From Escherichia coli (GTDB lineage Bacteria; Pseudomonadota; Gammaproteobacteria; Enterobacterales; Enterobacteriaceae), in the NCBI RefSeq assembly GCF_022846255.1, contig NZ_AP025682.1: DNA of 64,000 nucleotides; one strand, written 5' to 3'. Under the pieces are notes generated by a model. It had not been told where the DNA came from. It saw nothing but the letters and a program-made list of their open reading frames with translations, and did not search any database. The translations under genes were made by a program, and so were the position numbers. The number at the start of each line of letters is the position of its first letter. Position 1 is the stretch's first letter. Positions 53,754 to 64,000 of this stretch are shown here, in pieces.

Positions 53754-54334
53754 CCCTGGAAACCGCTTTTATGCTTCCCGTGCAGGATGCCCAGCACAGT
53801 TTTCGTCGCCTGTTAAAGGCCATGAGCGAGCCGGGCGTGATTGTCGCCCTGCATCAGCTCAAACGCGGCTGGCAGCCGCTGAATATCGCCACCACCAGCG
53901 TGCTGCTGACGCTGGCCGATAACGACACGCCGGTGTGGCTTTCTGCGCCATTAAGTAACGATATCGTCAGCCAGAGCCTGCGTTTTCATACCAACGCGCC
54001 GCTGGTCAATCAGCCGGAACTGGCGACCTTCGCGGTAACGGATGAGGCGATTTCCAGCGAACAGCTTAACGCCCTTTCCAGCGGCACCGCTGTTGCGCCA
54101 GAAGCGGGCGCGACGCTGATTTTACAGGTCGTCAGCCTGAGCGGCGGGCGCATGCTGCGCCTTACTGGCGCGGGTATTGCCGAAGAACGAATGATCGCCC
54201 CGCAGCTGCCGGAGTGCATTCTGCACGAACTTACCGAGCGCCCGCACCCGTTCCCGCTCGGCATCGACCTGATCCTGACCTGCGGCGAGCGCCTGCTGGC
54301 TATCCCGCGAACCACTCATGTGGAGGTGTGCTGA
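53750..54334 (+). CDS. phnH: C-P lyase core complex subunit PhnH
   Basis: 194 aa; start overlaps the phnG stop. Confidence 0.95.
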   Translation: MTLETAFMLPVQDAQHSFRRLLKAMSEPGVIVALHQLKRGWQPLNIATTSVLLTLADNDTPVWLSAPLSNDIVSQSLRFHTNAPLVNQPELATFAVTDEAISSEQLNALSSGTAVAPEAGATLILQVVSLSGGRMLRLTGAGIAEERMIAPQLPECILHELTERPHPFPLGIDLILTCGERLLAIPRTTHVEVC

Positions 54335-55398
54335 TGTACGTTGCCGTGAAAGGGGGCGAGAAGGCGATCGACGCCGCCCACGCCCTGCAAGAGAGCCGAC
54401 GCCGGGGCAATACCGATTTGCCTGAACTGAGCGTCGCCCAGATTGAACAGCAGCTTAATCTTGCAGTAGATCGCGTGATGACCGAAGGCGGCATTGCCGA
54501 CCGCGAACTGGCGGCGCTGGCGCTGAAACAGGCCAGCGGCGATAACGTCGAAGCGATTTTCCTGCTACGCGCCTACCGCACCACGCTGGCGAAGCTTGCG
54601 GTGAGCGAGCCGCTCGACACCACGGAGATGCGTCTCGAACGGCGTATTTCAGCGGTTTATAAAGATATTCCCGGCGGCCAGCTGCTTGGCCCAACCTACG
54701 ACTACACCCATCGCCTGCTCAATTTCACCCTGCTGGCAAACGGCGAAGCGCCGACGCTGACCACCGCCGACAGCGAACAACAGCCGTCGCCGCACGTTTT
54801 CAGCCTGCTGGCGCGTCAGGGGCTGGCGAAGTTTGAAGAAGATAGCGGCGCACAGCCGGACGACATCACCCGCACGCCGCCGGTTTACCCCTGCTCACGC
54901 TCCTCCCGCCTGCAACAATTAATGCGCGGCGACGAAGGCTATTTGCTGGCGCTGGCCTACTCCACCCAGCGTGGTTACGGACGCAATCATCCGTTCGCAG
55001 GCGAAATCCGCAGCGGCTATATCGACGTGTCGATTGTGCCGGAAGAGCTGGGATTTGCGGTGAACGTCGGCGAACTGCTGATGACCGAATGTGAAATGGT
55101 CAACGGTTTTATCGACCCGCCGGATGAGCCGCCGCACTTCACGCGCGGCTACGGGCTGGTGTTCGGCATGAGCGAGCGCAAAGCGATGGCGATGGCGCTG
55201 GTTGACCGCGCTCTACAAGCCCCGGAGTACGGCGAGCACGCGACAGGCCCGGCGCAGGATGAAGAGTTCGTGCTGGCGCATGCCGACAACGTCGAAGCCG
55301 CAGGCTTTGTCTCGCACCTTAAACTCCCGCACTACGTCGATTTCCAGGCCGAACTGGAGCTACTCAAACGTCTGCAACAGGAGCAGAACCATGGCTAA
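54334..55398 (+). CDS. phnI: C-P lyase core complex subunit PhnI
   Basis: 354 aa from M41 of the track ORF ([13 protein letters not shown]…); ATG overlaps the phnH TGA. Confidence 0.95.
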   Translation: MYVAVKGGEKAIDAAHALQESRRRGNTDLPELSVAQIEQQLNLAVDRVMTEGGIADRELAALALKQASGDNVEAIFLLRAYRTTLAKLAVSEPLDTTEMRLERRISAVYKDIPGGQLLGPTYDYTHRLLNFTLLANGEAPTLTTADSEQQPSPHVFSLLARQGLAKFEEDSGAQPDDITRTPPVYPCSRSSRLQQLMRGDEGYLLALAYSTQRGYGRNHPFAGEIRSGYIDVSIVPEELGFAVNVGELLMTECEMVNGFIDPPDEPPHFTRGYGLVFGMSERKAMAMALVDRALQAPEYGEHATGPAQDEEFVLAHADNVEAAGFVSHLKLPHYVDFQAELELLKRLQQEQNHG

Positions 55399-56236
55399 TC
55401 TGAGCGGCTACAACTTTGCCTACCTCGACGAGCAGACCAAACGCATGATCCGCCGCGCCATCTTAAAAGCGGTGGCGATCCCCGGTTATCAGGTGCCGTT
55501 TGGCGGGCGCGAGATGCCGATGCCGTACGGCTGGGGAACTGGTGGTATCCAGCTTACCGCCAGCGTGATTGGCGAAAGCGATGTGCTGAAGGTGATTGAC
55601 CAGGGCGCGGACGACACCACCAACGCGGTGTCGATCCGTAACTTCTTTAAGCGCGTGACCGGGGTAAACACTACCGAACGCACGGACGATGCGACGCTTA
55701 TCCAGACGCGCCATCGCATCCCCGAAACGCCGCTCACCGAAGATCAGATCATTATTTTCCAGGTGCCGATCCCCGAACCGCTGCGCTTTATCGAGCCGCG
55801 CGAAACGGAAACCCGCACCATGCACGCGCTGGAGGAGTACGGCGTGATGCAGGTGAAACTGTATGAAGATATCGCCCGCTTCGGTCATATCGCCACCACC
55901 TATGCCTATCCGGTGAAGGTGAACGGGCGCTACGTGATGGACCCGTCGCCGATCCCGAAATTCGATAACCCGAAAATGGACATGATGCCCGCCCTGCAGC
56001 TGTTCGGCGCAGGGCGCGAGAAGCGCATCTATGCGGTGCCGCCGTTTACCCGCGTGGAAAGTCTCGATTTCGACGATCACCCGTTCACCGTTCAGCAGTG
56101 GGATGAGCCATGCGCCATCTGCGGATCGACCCACAGCTATCTCGACGAAGTGGTGCTGGATGACGCCGGAAACCGCATGTTTGTCTGCTCCGATACCGAT
56201 TATTGCCGCCAACAGAGCGAGGCAAAAAACCAATGA
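55391..56236 (+). CDS. phnJ: C-P lyase catalytic subunit PhnJ (radical SAM-like, 4 Cys)
   Basis: 281 aa from M64 of the track ORF (MANLSGYNFAYLDEQTKRMIRR…); C-terminal Cys cluster CAICGSTHSYLDEVV…CSDTDYC. Confidence 0.95.
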   Translation: MANLSGYNFAYLDEQTKRMIRRAILKAVAIPGYQVPFGGREMPMPYGWGTGGIQLTASVIGESDVLKVIDQGADDTTNAVSIRNFFKRVTGVNTTERTDDATLIQTRHRIPETPLTEDQIIIFQVPIPEPLRFIEPRETETRTMHALEEYGVMQVKLYEDIARFGHIATTYAYPVKVNGRYVMDPSPIPKFDNPKMDMMPALQLFGAGREKRIYAVPPFTRVESLDFDDHPFTVQQWDEPCAICGSTHSYLDEVVLDDAGNRMFVCSDTDYCRQQSEAKNQ

Positions 56237-56991
56237 ATCAACCGTTACTTTCGGTCAATAACCTGACCCACCTTTACGCGCCGGGCAAAGGCTTTAGCGA
56301 TGTCTCTTTTGATTTATGGCCGGGGGAAGTGCTGGGCATCGTCGGGGAATCCGGCTCCGGGAAGACCACGCTGCTGAAGTCGATCTCCGCGCGCCTGACG
56401 CCGCAGCAGGGGGAAATTCGCTATGAAAACCGTTCCCTCTATGGCATGAGCGAGGCCGACCGCCGTCGCCTGCTGCGCACCGAATGGGGCGTGGTGCATC
56501 AGCATCCACTCGACGGCCTGCGCCGCCAGGTGTCGGCAGGCGGCAATATCGGCGAGCGGCTGATGGCGACCGGGGCGCGTCATTACGGCGATATTCGTGC
56601 CACCGCGCAGAAGTGGCTGGAAGAGGTGGAAATTCCCGCCAACCGGATCGACGACCTGCCGACCACCTTTTCCGGCGGTATGCAGCAGCGTTTGCAGATT
56701 GCCCGCAACCTGGTGACGCATCCGAAGCTGGTATTTATGGACGAGCCAACCGGCGGGCTGGATGTATCTGTGCAGGCGCGCCTGCTCGACCTGCTGCGCG
56801 GCCTGGTGGTGGAGCTGAACCTGGCGGTGGTGATTGTCACCCACGATTTAGGCGTCGCCCGCCTGCTGGCGGACCGTTTGCTGGTGATGAAGCAGGGGCA
56901 AGTAGTGGAGAGTGGGTTAACCGACCGCGTGCTCGACGACCCGCATCACCCGTATACCCAGCTGCTGGTGTCATCTGTTTTGCAGAATTGA
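56233..56991 (+). CDS. phnK: C-P lyase-associated ABC-type ATPase PhnK
   Basis: 252 aa from M11 of the track ORF; Walker [10 protein letters not shown]. Confidence 0.95.
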   Translation: MNQPLLSVNNLTHLYAPGKGFSDVSFDLWPGEVLGIVGESGSGKTTLLKSISARLTPQQGEIRYENRSLYGMSEADRRRLLRTEWGVVHQHPLDGLRRQVSAGGNIGERLMATGARHYGDIRATAQKWLEEVEIPANRIDDLPTTFSGGMQQRLQIARNLVTHPKLVFMDEPTGGLDVSVQARLLDLLRGLVVELNLAVVIVTHDLGVARLLADRLLVMKQGQVVESGLTDRVLDDPHHPYTQLLVSSVLQN

Positions 56992-56992
56992 G

Positions 56993-57082
<90 letters not shown>

Positions 57083-57101
57083 CCGAACCACGAGGCGAAA
57101 A

Positions 57102-57782
57102 ATGATTAACGTACAAAACGTCAGTAAAACCTTCATCCTGCATCAGCAAAACGGCGTGCGCCTGCCCGTATTACAACGTGCCTCGCTCACCGTCAACGCA
57201 GGCGAATGCGTGGTGCTTCACGGCCACTCCGGCAGCGGAAAATCAACCCTGCTGCGCTCGCTGTACGCCAACTATCTGCCCGACGAAGGGCAAATCCAGA
57301 TCAAACACGGTGAGGAATGGGTAGACCTGGTCACCGCGCCAGCCCGCAAAGTGGTGGAGATCCGCAAAACCACCATCGGCTGGGTGAGCCAGTTTCTGCG
57401 CGTCATCCCGCGTATTTCGGCACTGGAAGTGGTGATGCAGCCTCTGCTCGATACCGGCGTACCGCGTGAAGCCTGCGCCGCTAAAGCCGCCCGATTACTG
57501 ACGCGCCTGAACGTGCCTGAACGCCTGTGGCACCTGGCACCATCGACCTTCTCCGGCGGCGAACAGCAGCGCGTCAACATCGCCCGTGGCTTTATCGTCG
57601 ACTATCCGATTCTGCTGCTGGATGAACCCACCGCCTCGCTGGACGCTAAAAACAGCGCCGCGGTGGTGGAATTAATTCGCGAAGCCAAAGCCCGTGGCGC
57701 GGCCATCGTCGGTATCTTCCATGACGAAGCCGTACGCAATGACGTCGCCGACCGCCTGCACCCAATGGGAGTCTCTTCATGA
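57102..57782 (+). CDS. phnL: C-P lyase-associated ABC-type ATPase PhnL
   Basis: 226 aa ([51 protein letters not shown]…); in frame within the longer track ORF 56484..57782, whose N-terminal extension is spurious. Confidence 0.95.
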   Translation: MINVQNVSKTFILHQQNGVRLPVLQRASLTVNAGECVVLHGHSGSGKSTLLRSLYANYLPDEGQIQIKHGEEWVDLVTAPARKVVEIRKTTIGWVSQFLRVIPRISALEVVMQPLLDTGVPREACAAKAARLLTRLNVPERLWHLAPSTFSGGEQQRVNIARGFIVDYPILLLDEPTASLDAKNSAAVVELIREAKARGAAIVGIFHDEAVRNDVADRLHPMGVSS

Positions 57783-58915
57783 TTATCAATAACGTCAAAC
57801 TGGTGCTGGAAAACGAAGTGGTGCACGGTTCACTGGAAGTACAGGATGGCAAAATTCGCGCCTTTGCCGAAAGCCAGAGCCGCCAGCCGGAAGCGATGGA
57901 CGGCGAAGGTGGCTGGCTGCTGCCGGGGCTGATTGAGCTGCATACCGATAATCTGGATAAATTCTTCACCCCGCGTCCAAAAGTGGACTGGCCCGCCCAC
58001 TCGGCAATGAGTAGCCACGACGCGCTGATGGTGGCGAGCGGCATCACCACCGTGCTGGACGCGGTGGCGATTGGCGACGTGCGCGACGGCGGCGATCGGC
58101 TGGAGAATCTGGAGAAGATGATCAACGCCATCGAAGAGACGCAGAAACGCGGCGTCAACCGCGCCGAGCACCGCCTGCACCTGCGCTGCGAACTGCCGCA
58201 CCACACCACGTTGCCGCTGTTTGAAAAACTGGTGCAGCGCGAACCGGTGACGCTGGTATCGCTGATGGACCACTCGCCAGGCCAGCGCCAGTTCGCCAAT
58301 CGCGAGAAGTATCGCGAATATTATCAGGGCAAATATTCCCTCACCGATGCGCAGATGCAGCAGTACGAAGAGGAACAGCTGGCGCTTGCCGCACGCTGGT
58401 CACAGCCTAATCGCGAAACTATCGCCGCAATGTGCCGCGCGCGACACATTGCCCTCGCCAGCCACGATGACGCCACGCACGCCCACGTTGCCGAATCCCA
58501 CCAGCTTGGCAGCGTGATCGCCGAATTTCCCACCACGTTCGAAGCGGCAGAAGCCTCGCGCAAGCATGGCATGAACGTGCTGATGGGCGCGCCGAATATC
58601 GTGCGCGGCGGTTCGCACTCCGGCAACGTGGCGGCCAGTGAACTGGCGCAGCTTGGCCTGCTGGATATCCTCTCTTCCGATTACTACCCCGCCAGCCTGC
58701 TCGATGCGGCATTTCGCGTCGCCGATGACGAGATCAACCGCTTTACGCTGCCGCAGGCGGTGAAGCTGGTGACTAAAAATCCGGCGCAGGCGCTTAATCT
58801 TCAGGATCGCGGGGTGATTGGCGAGGGCAAACGCGCCGACCTGGTGCTGGCGCATCGCAAGGGCAACCACATTCATATCGACCACGTCTGGCGTCAGGGT
58901 AAAAGGGTGTTCTGA
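57779..58915 (+). CDS. phnM: PhnM, amidohydrolase-fold RPnTP diphosphatase
   Basis: 378-aa amidohydrolase-like ORF. Confidence 0.95.
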   Translation: MIINNVKLVLENEVVHGSLEVQDGKIRAFAESQSRQPEAMDGEGGWLLPGLIELHTDNLDKFFTPRPKVDWPAHSAMSSHDALMVASGITTVLDAVAIGDVRDGGDRLENLEKMINAIEETQKRGVNRAEHRLHLRCELPHHTTLPLFEKLVQREPVTLVSLMDHSPGQRQFANREKYREYYQGKYSLTDAQMQQYEEEQLALAARWSQPNRETIAAMCRARHIALASHDDATHAHVAESHQLGSVIAEFPTTFEAAEASRKHGMNVLMGAPNIVRGGSHSGNVAASELAQLGLLDILSSDYYPASLLDAAFRVADDEINRFTLPQAVKLVTKNPAQALNLQDRGVIGEGKRADLVLAHRKGNHIHIDHVWRQGKRVF

Positions 58916-59472
58916 TGACGGGAAAACTGATTTGGTTAATGGGGGCCTCTGGCTCCGGAAAAGACAGTCTGTTGACGGAACTCCGCCAGCGGGAACAAAC
59001 TCAGCTACTGGTAGCGCATCGCTACATCACGCGTGATGCCAGCGCCGGAAGTGAAAATCATATCGCCTTAAGCGAGCGGGAGTTTTTTACCCGCGCGGGG
59101 CAAAATCTGTTGGCCCTGAGCTGGCATGCTAATGGTTTGTATTACGGTGTCGGCATTGAGATCGACCTCTGGCTGCACGCCGGATTCGACGTCGTGGTTA
59201 ACGGCTCACGCGCCCACCTGCCGCAGGCGCGGGCGCGTTATCAATCGGCGCTGCTGCCCATCTGTTTACAGGTTTCGCCGGAGATCCTGCGCCAGCGCCT
59301 GGAAAACCGTGGCCGCGAAAACGCCAGTGAAATTAATGCCCGGCTGGCGCGCGCCGCCCGCTATACTCCTCAGGATTGCCATACACTCAATAATGACGGC
59401 AGCCTGCGCCAGTCGGTCGACACGCTGCTGACGCTGATTCATCAGAAGGAGAAACACCATGCCTGCTTGTGA
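58915..59472 (+). CDS. phnN: Ribose 1,5-bisphosphokinase PhnN
   Basis: 185 aa; P-loop [10 protein letters not shown]. Confidence 0.95.
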   Translation: MTGKLIWLMGASGSGKDSLLTELRQREQTQLLVAHRYITRDASAGSENHIALSEREFFTRAGQNLLALSWHANGLYYGVGIEIDLWLHAGFDVVVNGSRAHLPQARARYQSALLPICLQVSPEILRQRLENRGRENASEINARLARAARYTPQDCHTLNNDGSLRQSVDTLLTLIHQKEKHHACL

Positions 59473-59893
59473 ACTTCGCCCGGCAACGCAGTACGACACC
59501 GACGCGGTTTACGCGCTGATTTGTGAGCTAAAACAAGCGGAGTTTGACCACCAGGCGTTTCGCGTGGGCTTTAACGCCAACCTGCGCGACCCGAACATGC
59601 GCTACCATCTGGCGCTGTTGGATGGCGAGGTTGTCGGCATGATCGGCCTGCATTTGCAGTTTCATCTGCATCATGTCAACTGGATCGGCGAAATTCAGGA
59701 ACTGGTGGTGATGCCGCAGGCGCGCGGTCTGAACGTCGGCAGTAAATTACTGGCATGGGCAGAAGAAGAAGCCCGCCAGGCTGGGGCCGAAATGATCGAG
59801 CTTTCCACCAACGTGAAGCGCCACGACGCGCACCGTTTTTACCTGCGTGAAGGCTACGAGCAGAGCCACTTCCGCTTCACCAAGGAGCTGTAA
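59459..59893 (+). CDS. phnO: Aminoalkylphosphonate N-acetyltransferase PhnO (GNAT)
   Basis: 144-aa GNAT fold. Confidence 0.95.
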   Translation: MPACELRPATQYDTDAVYALICELKQAEFDHQAFRVGFNANLRDPNMRYHLALLDGEVVGMIGLHLQFHLHHVNWIGEIQELVVMPQARGLNVGSKLLAWAEEEARQAGAEMIELSTNVKRHDAHRFYLREGYEQSHFRFTKEL

Positions 59894-59894
59894 T

Positions 59895-60653
59895 ATGAGC
59901 CTGACCCTCACGCTCACCGGCACCGGCTGCGCACAGGGCGTTCCGGCATGGGGCTGCGAGTGCGTAGCCTGCGCCAGAGCGCGGCGCTCACCGCAGTATC
60001 GCCGCCAGCCGTGCAGCGGCGTAGTGAAGTTTAACGAGGCGATCACCCTGATCGACGCCGGGCTGCACGATCTCGCCGATCGCTGGTCGCCCGGATCGTT
60101 CCAGCAGTTTTTACTGACGCACTACCATATGGATCACGTCCAGGGGCTGTTTCCGCTGCGCTGGGGCGTGGGCAATCAGATCCCGGTCTACGGTCCACCG
60201 GATGAGCAGGGCTGCGACGATCTGTTTAAACATCCGGGCCTGCTTGATTTCAGCCACACGGTGGAGCCGTTTGTGGTGTTTGATTTGCAGGGGTTGCAGG
60301 TCACGCCGCTGCCGCTTAACCATTCGAAACTCACTTTCGGCTATTTACTGGAAACGGCGCACAGCCGGGTGGCGTGGCTATCTGACACCGCAGGCCTGCC
60401 GGAAAAAACGCTGAAATTTTTACGCAATAATCAGCCGCAGGTAATGGTGATTGATTGCAGCCACCCGCCGCGCGAGGATGCACCGCGTAATCACTGTGAT
60501 TTAAATACCGTGCTGGCGCTGAATGAGGTTATCCGCTCGCCGCGCGTGATTCTGACCCATATCAGCCACCGGTTTGATGCGTGGCTGATGGAAAACGCGC
60601 TACCATCGGGGTTTGAGGCGGGGTTTGATGGGATGGAGATTGAGGTGGCGTGA
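59895..60653 (+). CDS. phnP: Phosphodiesterase PhnP (metallo-beta-lactamase fold)
   Basis: 252 aa from M17 of the track ORF; HxHxDH motif ([10 protein letters not shown]). Confidence 0.95.
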   Translation: MSLTLTLTGTGCAQGVPAWGCECVACARARRSPQYRRQPCSGVVKFNEAITLIDAGLHDLADRWSPGSFQQFLLTHYHMDHVQGLFPLRWGVGNQIPVYGPPDEQGCDDLFKHPGLLDFSHTVEPFVVFDLQGLQVTPLPLNHSKLTFGYLLETAHSRVAWLSDTAGLPEKTLKFLRNNQPQVMVIDCSHPPREDAPRNHCDLNTVLALNEVIRSPRVILTHISHRFDAWLMENALPSGFEAGFDGMEIEVA

Positions 60654-60680
60654 GGGAAAATACCCGCGCCGGCCCCTATA

Positions 60681-61010
60681 TCAACGCCCATACTCATCTT
60701 CCATTCTCCGCTCTTCATCTTCCAGTTGCCGACGCTCCTGATCAAGCTGGCGCTGGCGATCGTCCAGCTGCCTGCGGCGATCTTCAAACTGGCGGCGGCG
60801 GTCATCATATTGTCTGCGCCGATCGTCGCTCACTTCACGCTGCCAGCCGTCGTCGCGCGAATCTTCATAGTCTCGCCCACGGTCAGGGTTATAAGCGTCG
60901 TTAATCGCCTGCTGAATATTGCCAATGGTGTCGTCGATAATATCGGCCTGGGCCGGAACGGTGGACAGCGTGAGCAGGGTGAATAAAAGAAATAGCGGAA
61001 AGCGTTTCAT
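60681..61010 (-). CDS. yjdP: Secreted low-complexity protein YjdP
   Basis: 109 aa; signal peptide followed by an Arg/Asp/Gln-rich repetitive region. Confidence 0.85.
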   Translation of the reverse strand: MKRFPLFLLFTLLTLSTVPAQADIIDDTIGNIQQAINDAYNPDRGRDYEDSRDDGWQREVSDDRRRQYDDRRRQFEDRRRQLDDRQRQLDQERRQLEDEERRMEDEYGR

Positions 61011-61078
61011 TAGCCAACCTCAAAAAGAAACTCTATCCACATTAGTCATTACTCATCCATGCAAGTAGTGGATGAATC

Positions 61079-61528
61079 TCAATTTCTCCGCTGCTCTATT
61101 GCCGTAATCGCCTCCACGCGTTGTTGATGACGACCGCCTTCGTACTGTGCGCCCAGCCACGCATCGACAATCATTTTTGCCAGTTCGAGGCCAACCACTC
61201 GTGAACCAAAAGCCAGCACGTTGGTATCGTTATGCTGCCGCGAAAGTTGCGCGGAATAAGGTTCGCTACAAACGACCGCGCGAATTCCGGCAAACTTGTT
61301 CGCCGCTATCGAAATACCGACGCCAGTGCCACAAATCAAAATCCCGCCATCAGCCTCTCCGCCAGCAACGGCCAGTGCGACTTGACTGGCGTAATGCGGA
61401 TAATCAGTACGCTCTGACGACCAGGTTCCTTTATCAATCACTTCAACGCCACGCTCAACTAAATGTGCCACTATTTCATGTTTTAAAATGAAACCGACAT
61501 GATCACAGCCAAATGCAATCTTTTTCAT
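61079..61528 (-). CDS. rpiB: Ribose-5-phosphate / allose-6-phosphate isomerase B
   Basis: 149 aa, RpiB/LacAB family (MKKIAFGCDHVGF…). Confidence 0.95.
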   Translation of the reverse strand: MKKIAFGCDHVGFILKHEIVAHLVERGVEVIDKGTWSSERTDYPHYASQVALAVAGGEADGGILICGTGVGISIAANKFAGIRAVVCSEPYSAQLSRQHNDTNVLAFGSRVVGLELAKMIVDAWLGAQYEGGRHQQRVEAITAIEQRRN

Positions 61529-61886
61529 TCATCTTCCCCGCCCGTGCAAAACTTCACAATCAAAAAACATTTGTGATGTAAATGAATTAAAAACATCCAA
61601 AATCGATGAAATCCGCCTTCCCGATCTGTTTTACAGAGTTACATCTGGCAGCGCAATAGCGTTAAAGACACTCACTATCCAGCAACATCTATCATCTAAT
61701 AAACCAGGAAGACAAATAACATCATGTTTTTAAAGTGATTAAATGAAATAAAATTTTAAGCTACTCTCCATTATTCACAACAAAACAAACTTTATAAATT
61801 TTATTTTTTTGTGAAGTTACCAGCATCTTTTCTGTTCTTGCTGTGGTGATATAGTGGCGTCTTCAATTCAAGGACAAGAGAACGTG

Positions 61887-62777
61887 ATGAGCCAGTCAGA
61901 GTTTGATTCAGCGCTTCCGAACGGTATCGGGTTAGCGCCTTACCTGCGAATGAAGCAGGAAGGAATGACAGAAAACGAAAGCCGCATCGTGGAGTGGTTA
62001 CTCAAACCCGGTAACCTGAGTTGTGCACCCGCAATTAAAGATGTCGCAGAAGCTCTGGCGGTATCTGAAGCGATGATCGTTAAGGTATCAAAGCTGCTGG
62101 GGTTTAGCGGCTTTCGTAACTTACGCAGTGCGCTGGAAGATTATTTTTCTCAGTCAGAACAAGTATTGCCTTCCGAGTTGGCTTTTGATGAAGCGCCGCA
62201 GGATGTGGTGAATAAGGTATTTAACATCACTTTACGCACCATTATGGAAGGTCAGTCGATCGTCAACGTTGATGAGATCCACCGTGCCGCCCGCTTTTTC
62301 TATCAGGCCAGACAGCGGGATTTGTACGGTGCCGGAGGATCAAATGCTATCTGTGCTGATGTACAGCACAAGTTTTTGCGCATTGGCGTACGCTGCCAGG
62401 CCTATCCGGACGCTCACATCATGATGATGTCTGCTTCGTTGTTACAGGAAGGAGATGTGGTGCTGGTGGTGACTCATTCCGGGCGGACCAGTGATGTAAA
62501 AGCGGCTGTAGAACTGGCAAAAAAGAACGGGGCAAAGATTATTTGTATAACGCATAGCTATCATTCACCAATAGCGAAGCTGGCCGATTATATTATTTGC
62601 TCACCGGCCCCGGAAACACCGTTATTAGGTCGTAATGCCTCGGCAAGAATATTACAACTGACTTTGCTGGACGCGTTTTTTGTCTCTGTCGCCCAGCTCA
62701 ACATTGAACAAGCTAATATTAATATGCAAAAAACCGGCGCAATTGTTGATTTCTTCTCACCAGGCGCGCTGAAATAA
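61887..62777 (+). CDS. alsR: RpiR-family repressor of rpiB and the als operon
   Basis: 296 aa from M12 of the track ORF; HTH_6 plus SIS domain. Confidence 0.9.
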   Translation: MSQSEFDSALPNGIGLAPYLRMKQEGMTENESRIVEWLLKPGNLSCAPAIKDVAEALAVSEAMIVKVSKLLGFSGFRNLRSALEDYFSQSEQVLPSELAFDEAPQDVVNKVFNITLRTIMEGQSIVNVDEIHRAARFFYQARQRDLYGAGGSNAICADVQHKFLRIGVRCQAYPDAHIMMMSASLLQEGDVVLVVTHSGRTSDVKAAVELAKKNGAKIICITHSYHSPIAKLADYIICSPAPETPLLGRNASARILQLTLLDAFFVSVAQLNIEQANINMQKTGAIVDFFSPGALK

Positions 62778-62835
62778 GAAAAAGGTAATTCCGCCATCGC
62801 GGAGTTACCTCTCCCCTTACCGTGAGAACATGATT

Positions 62836-63771
62836 ATGAATAAATATCTGAAATATTTCAGCGGCACACTCGTGGGCTTAATGTTGTCAACCAGCGCTTT
62901 TGCTGCCGCCGAATATGCCGTCGTATTGAAAACACTCTCCAATCCATTTTGGGTAGATATGAAAAAAGGCATTGAAGATGAAGCAAAAACGCTGGGCGTC
63001 AGCGTTGATATTTTTGCCTCTCCTTCAGAAGGCGATTTTCAATCTCAATTGCAGTTATTTGAAGATCTCAGTAATAAAAATTACAAAGGTATCGCCTTCG
63101 CACCATTATCCTCAGTGAACCTGGTCATGCCTGTTGCCCGCGCATGGAAAAAAGGCATTTATCTGGTCAATCTCGATGAAAAAATCGACATGGATAATCT
63201 GAAAAAAGCAGGCGGTAATGTGGAAGGTTTTGTCACCACCGATAATGTTGCCGTCGGGGCGAAAGGCGCGTCATTCATTATTGACAAGCTGGGTGCCGAA
63301 GGGGGTGAAGTCGCAATCATTGAGGGTAAAGCCGGTAACGCCTCCGGTGAAGCGCGTCGTAATGGTGCCACCGAAGCCTTCAAAAAAGCAAGCCAGATCA
63401 AGCTTGTCGCCAGCCAGCCTGCCGACTGGGACCGTATTAAAGCACTGGATGTCGCCACTAACGTGTTGCAACGTAATCCGAATATTAAAGCGATCTATTG
63501 CGCGAATGACACGATGGCAATGGGTGTTGCTCAGGCAGTCGCAAACGCTGGAAAAACGGGCAAAGTGTTGGTCGTCGGTACAGATGGCATTCCGGAAGCC
63601 CGCAAAATGGTGGAAGCCGGACAAATGACCGCGACGGTTGCCCAGAACCCGGCGGATATCGGTGCAACGGGTCTGAAGCTGATGGTTGACGCTGAGAAAT
63701 CCGGCAAGGTTATCCCGCTGGATAAAGCACCGGAATTTAAACTGGTCGATTCAATCCTGGTCACTCAATAA
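62836..63771 (+). CDS. alsB: D-allose ABC transporter periplasmic binding protein
   Basis: 311 aa from M3 of the track ORF; signal peptide and sugar-binding-protein fold. Confidence 0.95.
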   Translation: MNKYLKYFSGTLVGLMLSTSAFAAAEYAVVLKTLSNPFWVDMKKGIEDEAKTLGVSVDIFASPSEGDFQSQLQLFEDLSNKNYKGIAFAPLSSVNLVMPVARAWKKGIYLVNLDEKIDMDNLKKAGGNVEGFVTTDNVAVGAKGASFIIDKLGAEGGEVAIIEGKAGNASGEARRNGATEAFKKASQIKLVASQPADWDRIKALDVATNVLQRNPNIKAIYCANDTMAMGVAQAVANAGKTGKVLVVGTDGIPEARKMVEAGQMTATVAQNPADIGATGLKLMVDAEKSGKVIPLDKAPEFKLVDSILVTQ

Positions 63772-63780
63772 AACTGAATG

Positions 63781-63826
63781 ATGCCGGATGATGATGCTAA
63801 TGAAGTGTCTTATCCGGCCAACAAAA
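63781..63826. repeat. REP element between alsB and alsA
   Basis: atgccggatg … cttatccggcc REP-like palindromic unit. Confidence 0.55.
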
Positions 63827-63897
63827 TAACCTGAACGTAGACCTGATAAACGTAGCCATCAGGCAATAATACGATATTTCGTGCAGAGAGGTTATTT

Positions 63898-64000
63898 ATG
63901 GCCACGCCATATATATCGATGGCGGGGATCGGCAAGTCCTTTGGTCCGGTTCACGCATTAAGGTCGGTTAATTTAACGGTTTATCCTGGTGAAATACATG
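63898..64000 (+). CDS. alsA: D-allose ABC transporter ATPase, 5' end only (truncated by the window edge)
   Basis: [34 protein letters not shown]…, an ABC-ATPase N-terminus directly downstream of alsB. Confidence 0.85.
   Translation, partial: MATPYISMAGIGKSFGPVHALRSVNLTVYPGEIH

Overview
This window reads as an Escherichia coli chromosomal segment, apparently in reverse orientation relative to K-12 MG1655 (about 4.30-4.36 Mb, recalled from memory). The left ~14.6 kb is the distal end of a horizontally acquired island integrated at tRNA-Phe (pheU): a 22-nt copy of the tRNA 3' end sits at 14562-14583. The island carries a decayed rve-type transposase, a low-GC OLD-family ATPase/Toprim nuclease, an IS3-like remnant, a YagK/YfjJ-family gene, a ~1.5 kb ORF-free A-rich tract, a low-GC 376-aa Cys-rich protein of unknown function, and a conserved CP4-57/CP4-44-like module (GTPase, regulator, DUF932, antirestriction, RadC-like, CbeA/CbtA toxin-antitoxin, DUF4942). 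The remaining ~49 kb is conserved core in K-12 order: cadCBA, dtpC, lysU, ghoST, yjdJ, yjdI, dcuSR, dcuB, fumB, yjdF, melA, melR, adiA-adiY-adiC, eptA-basRS, pmrR, proP, yjcZ, crfC, phnA, phnB, the full phnCDEFGHIJKLMNOP operon, yjdP, rpiB, alsR, alsB and the start of alsA. Three core-region departures stand out: melB is absent between melA and yjdF, yjdI carries an in-frame TGA at codon 48, and phnE is intact. The most promising candidates for an undescribed function are the 376-aa protein with its adjacent non-coding tract, and the orphan OLD-family nuclease. All assignments rest on reading the translations and sequence by eye; no database search was run, and hand-derived coordinates may be off by 1 nt.
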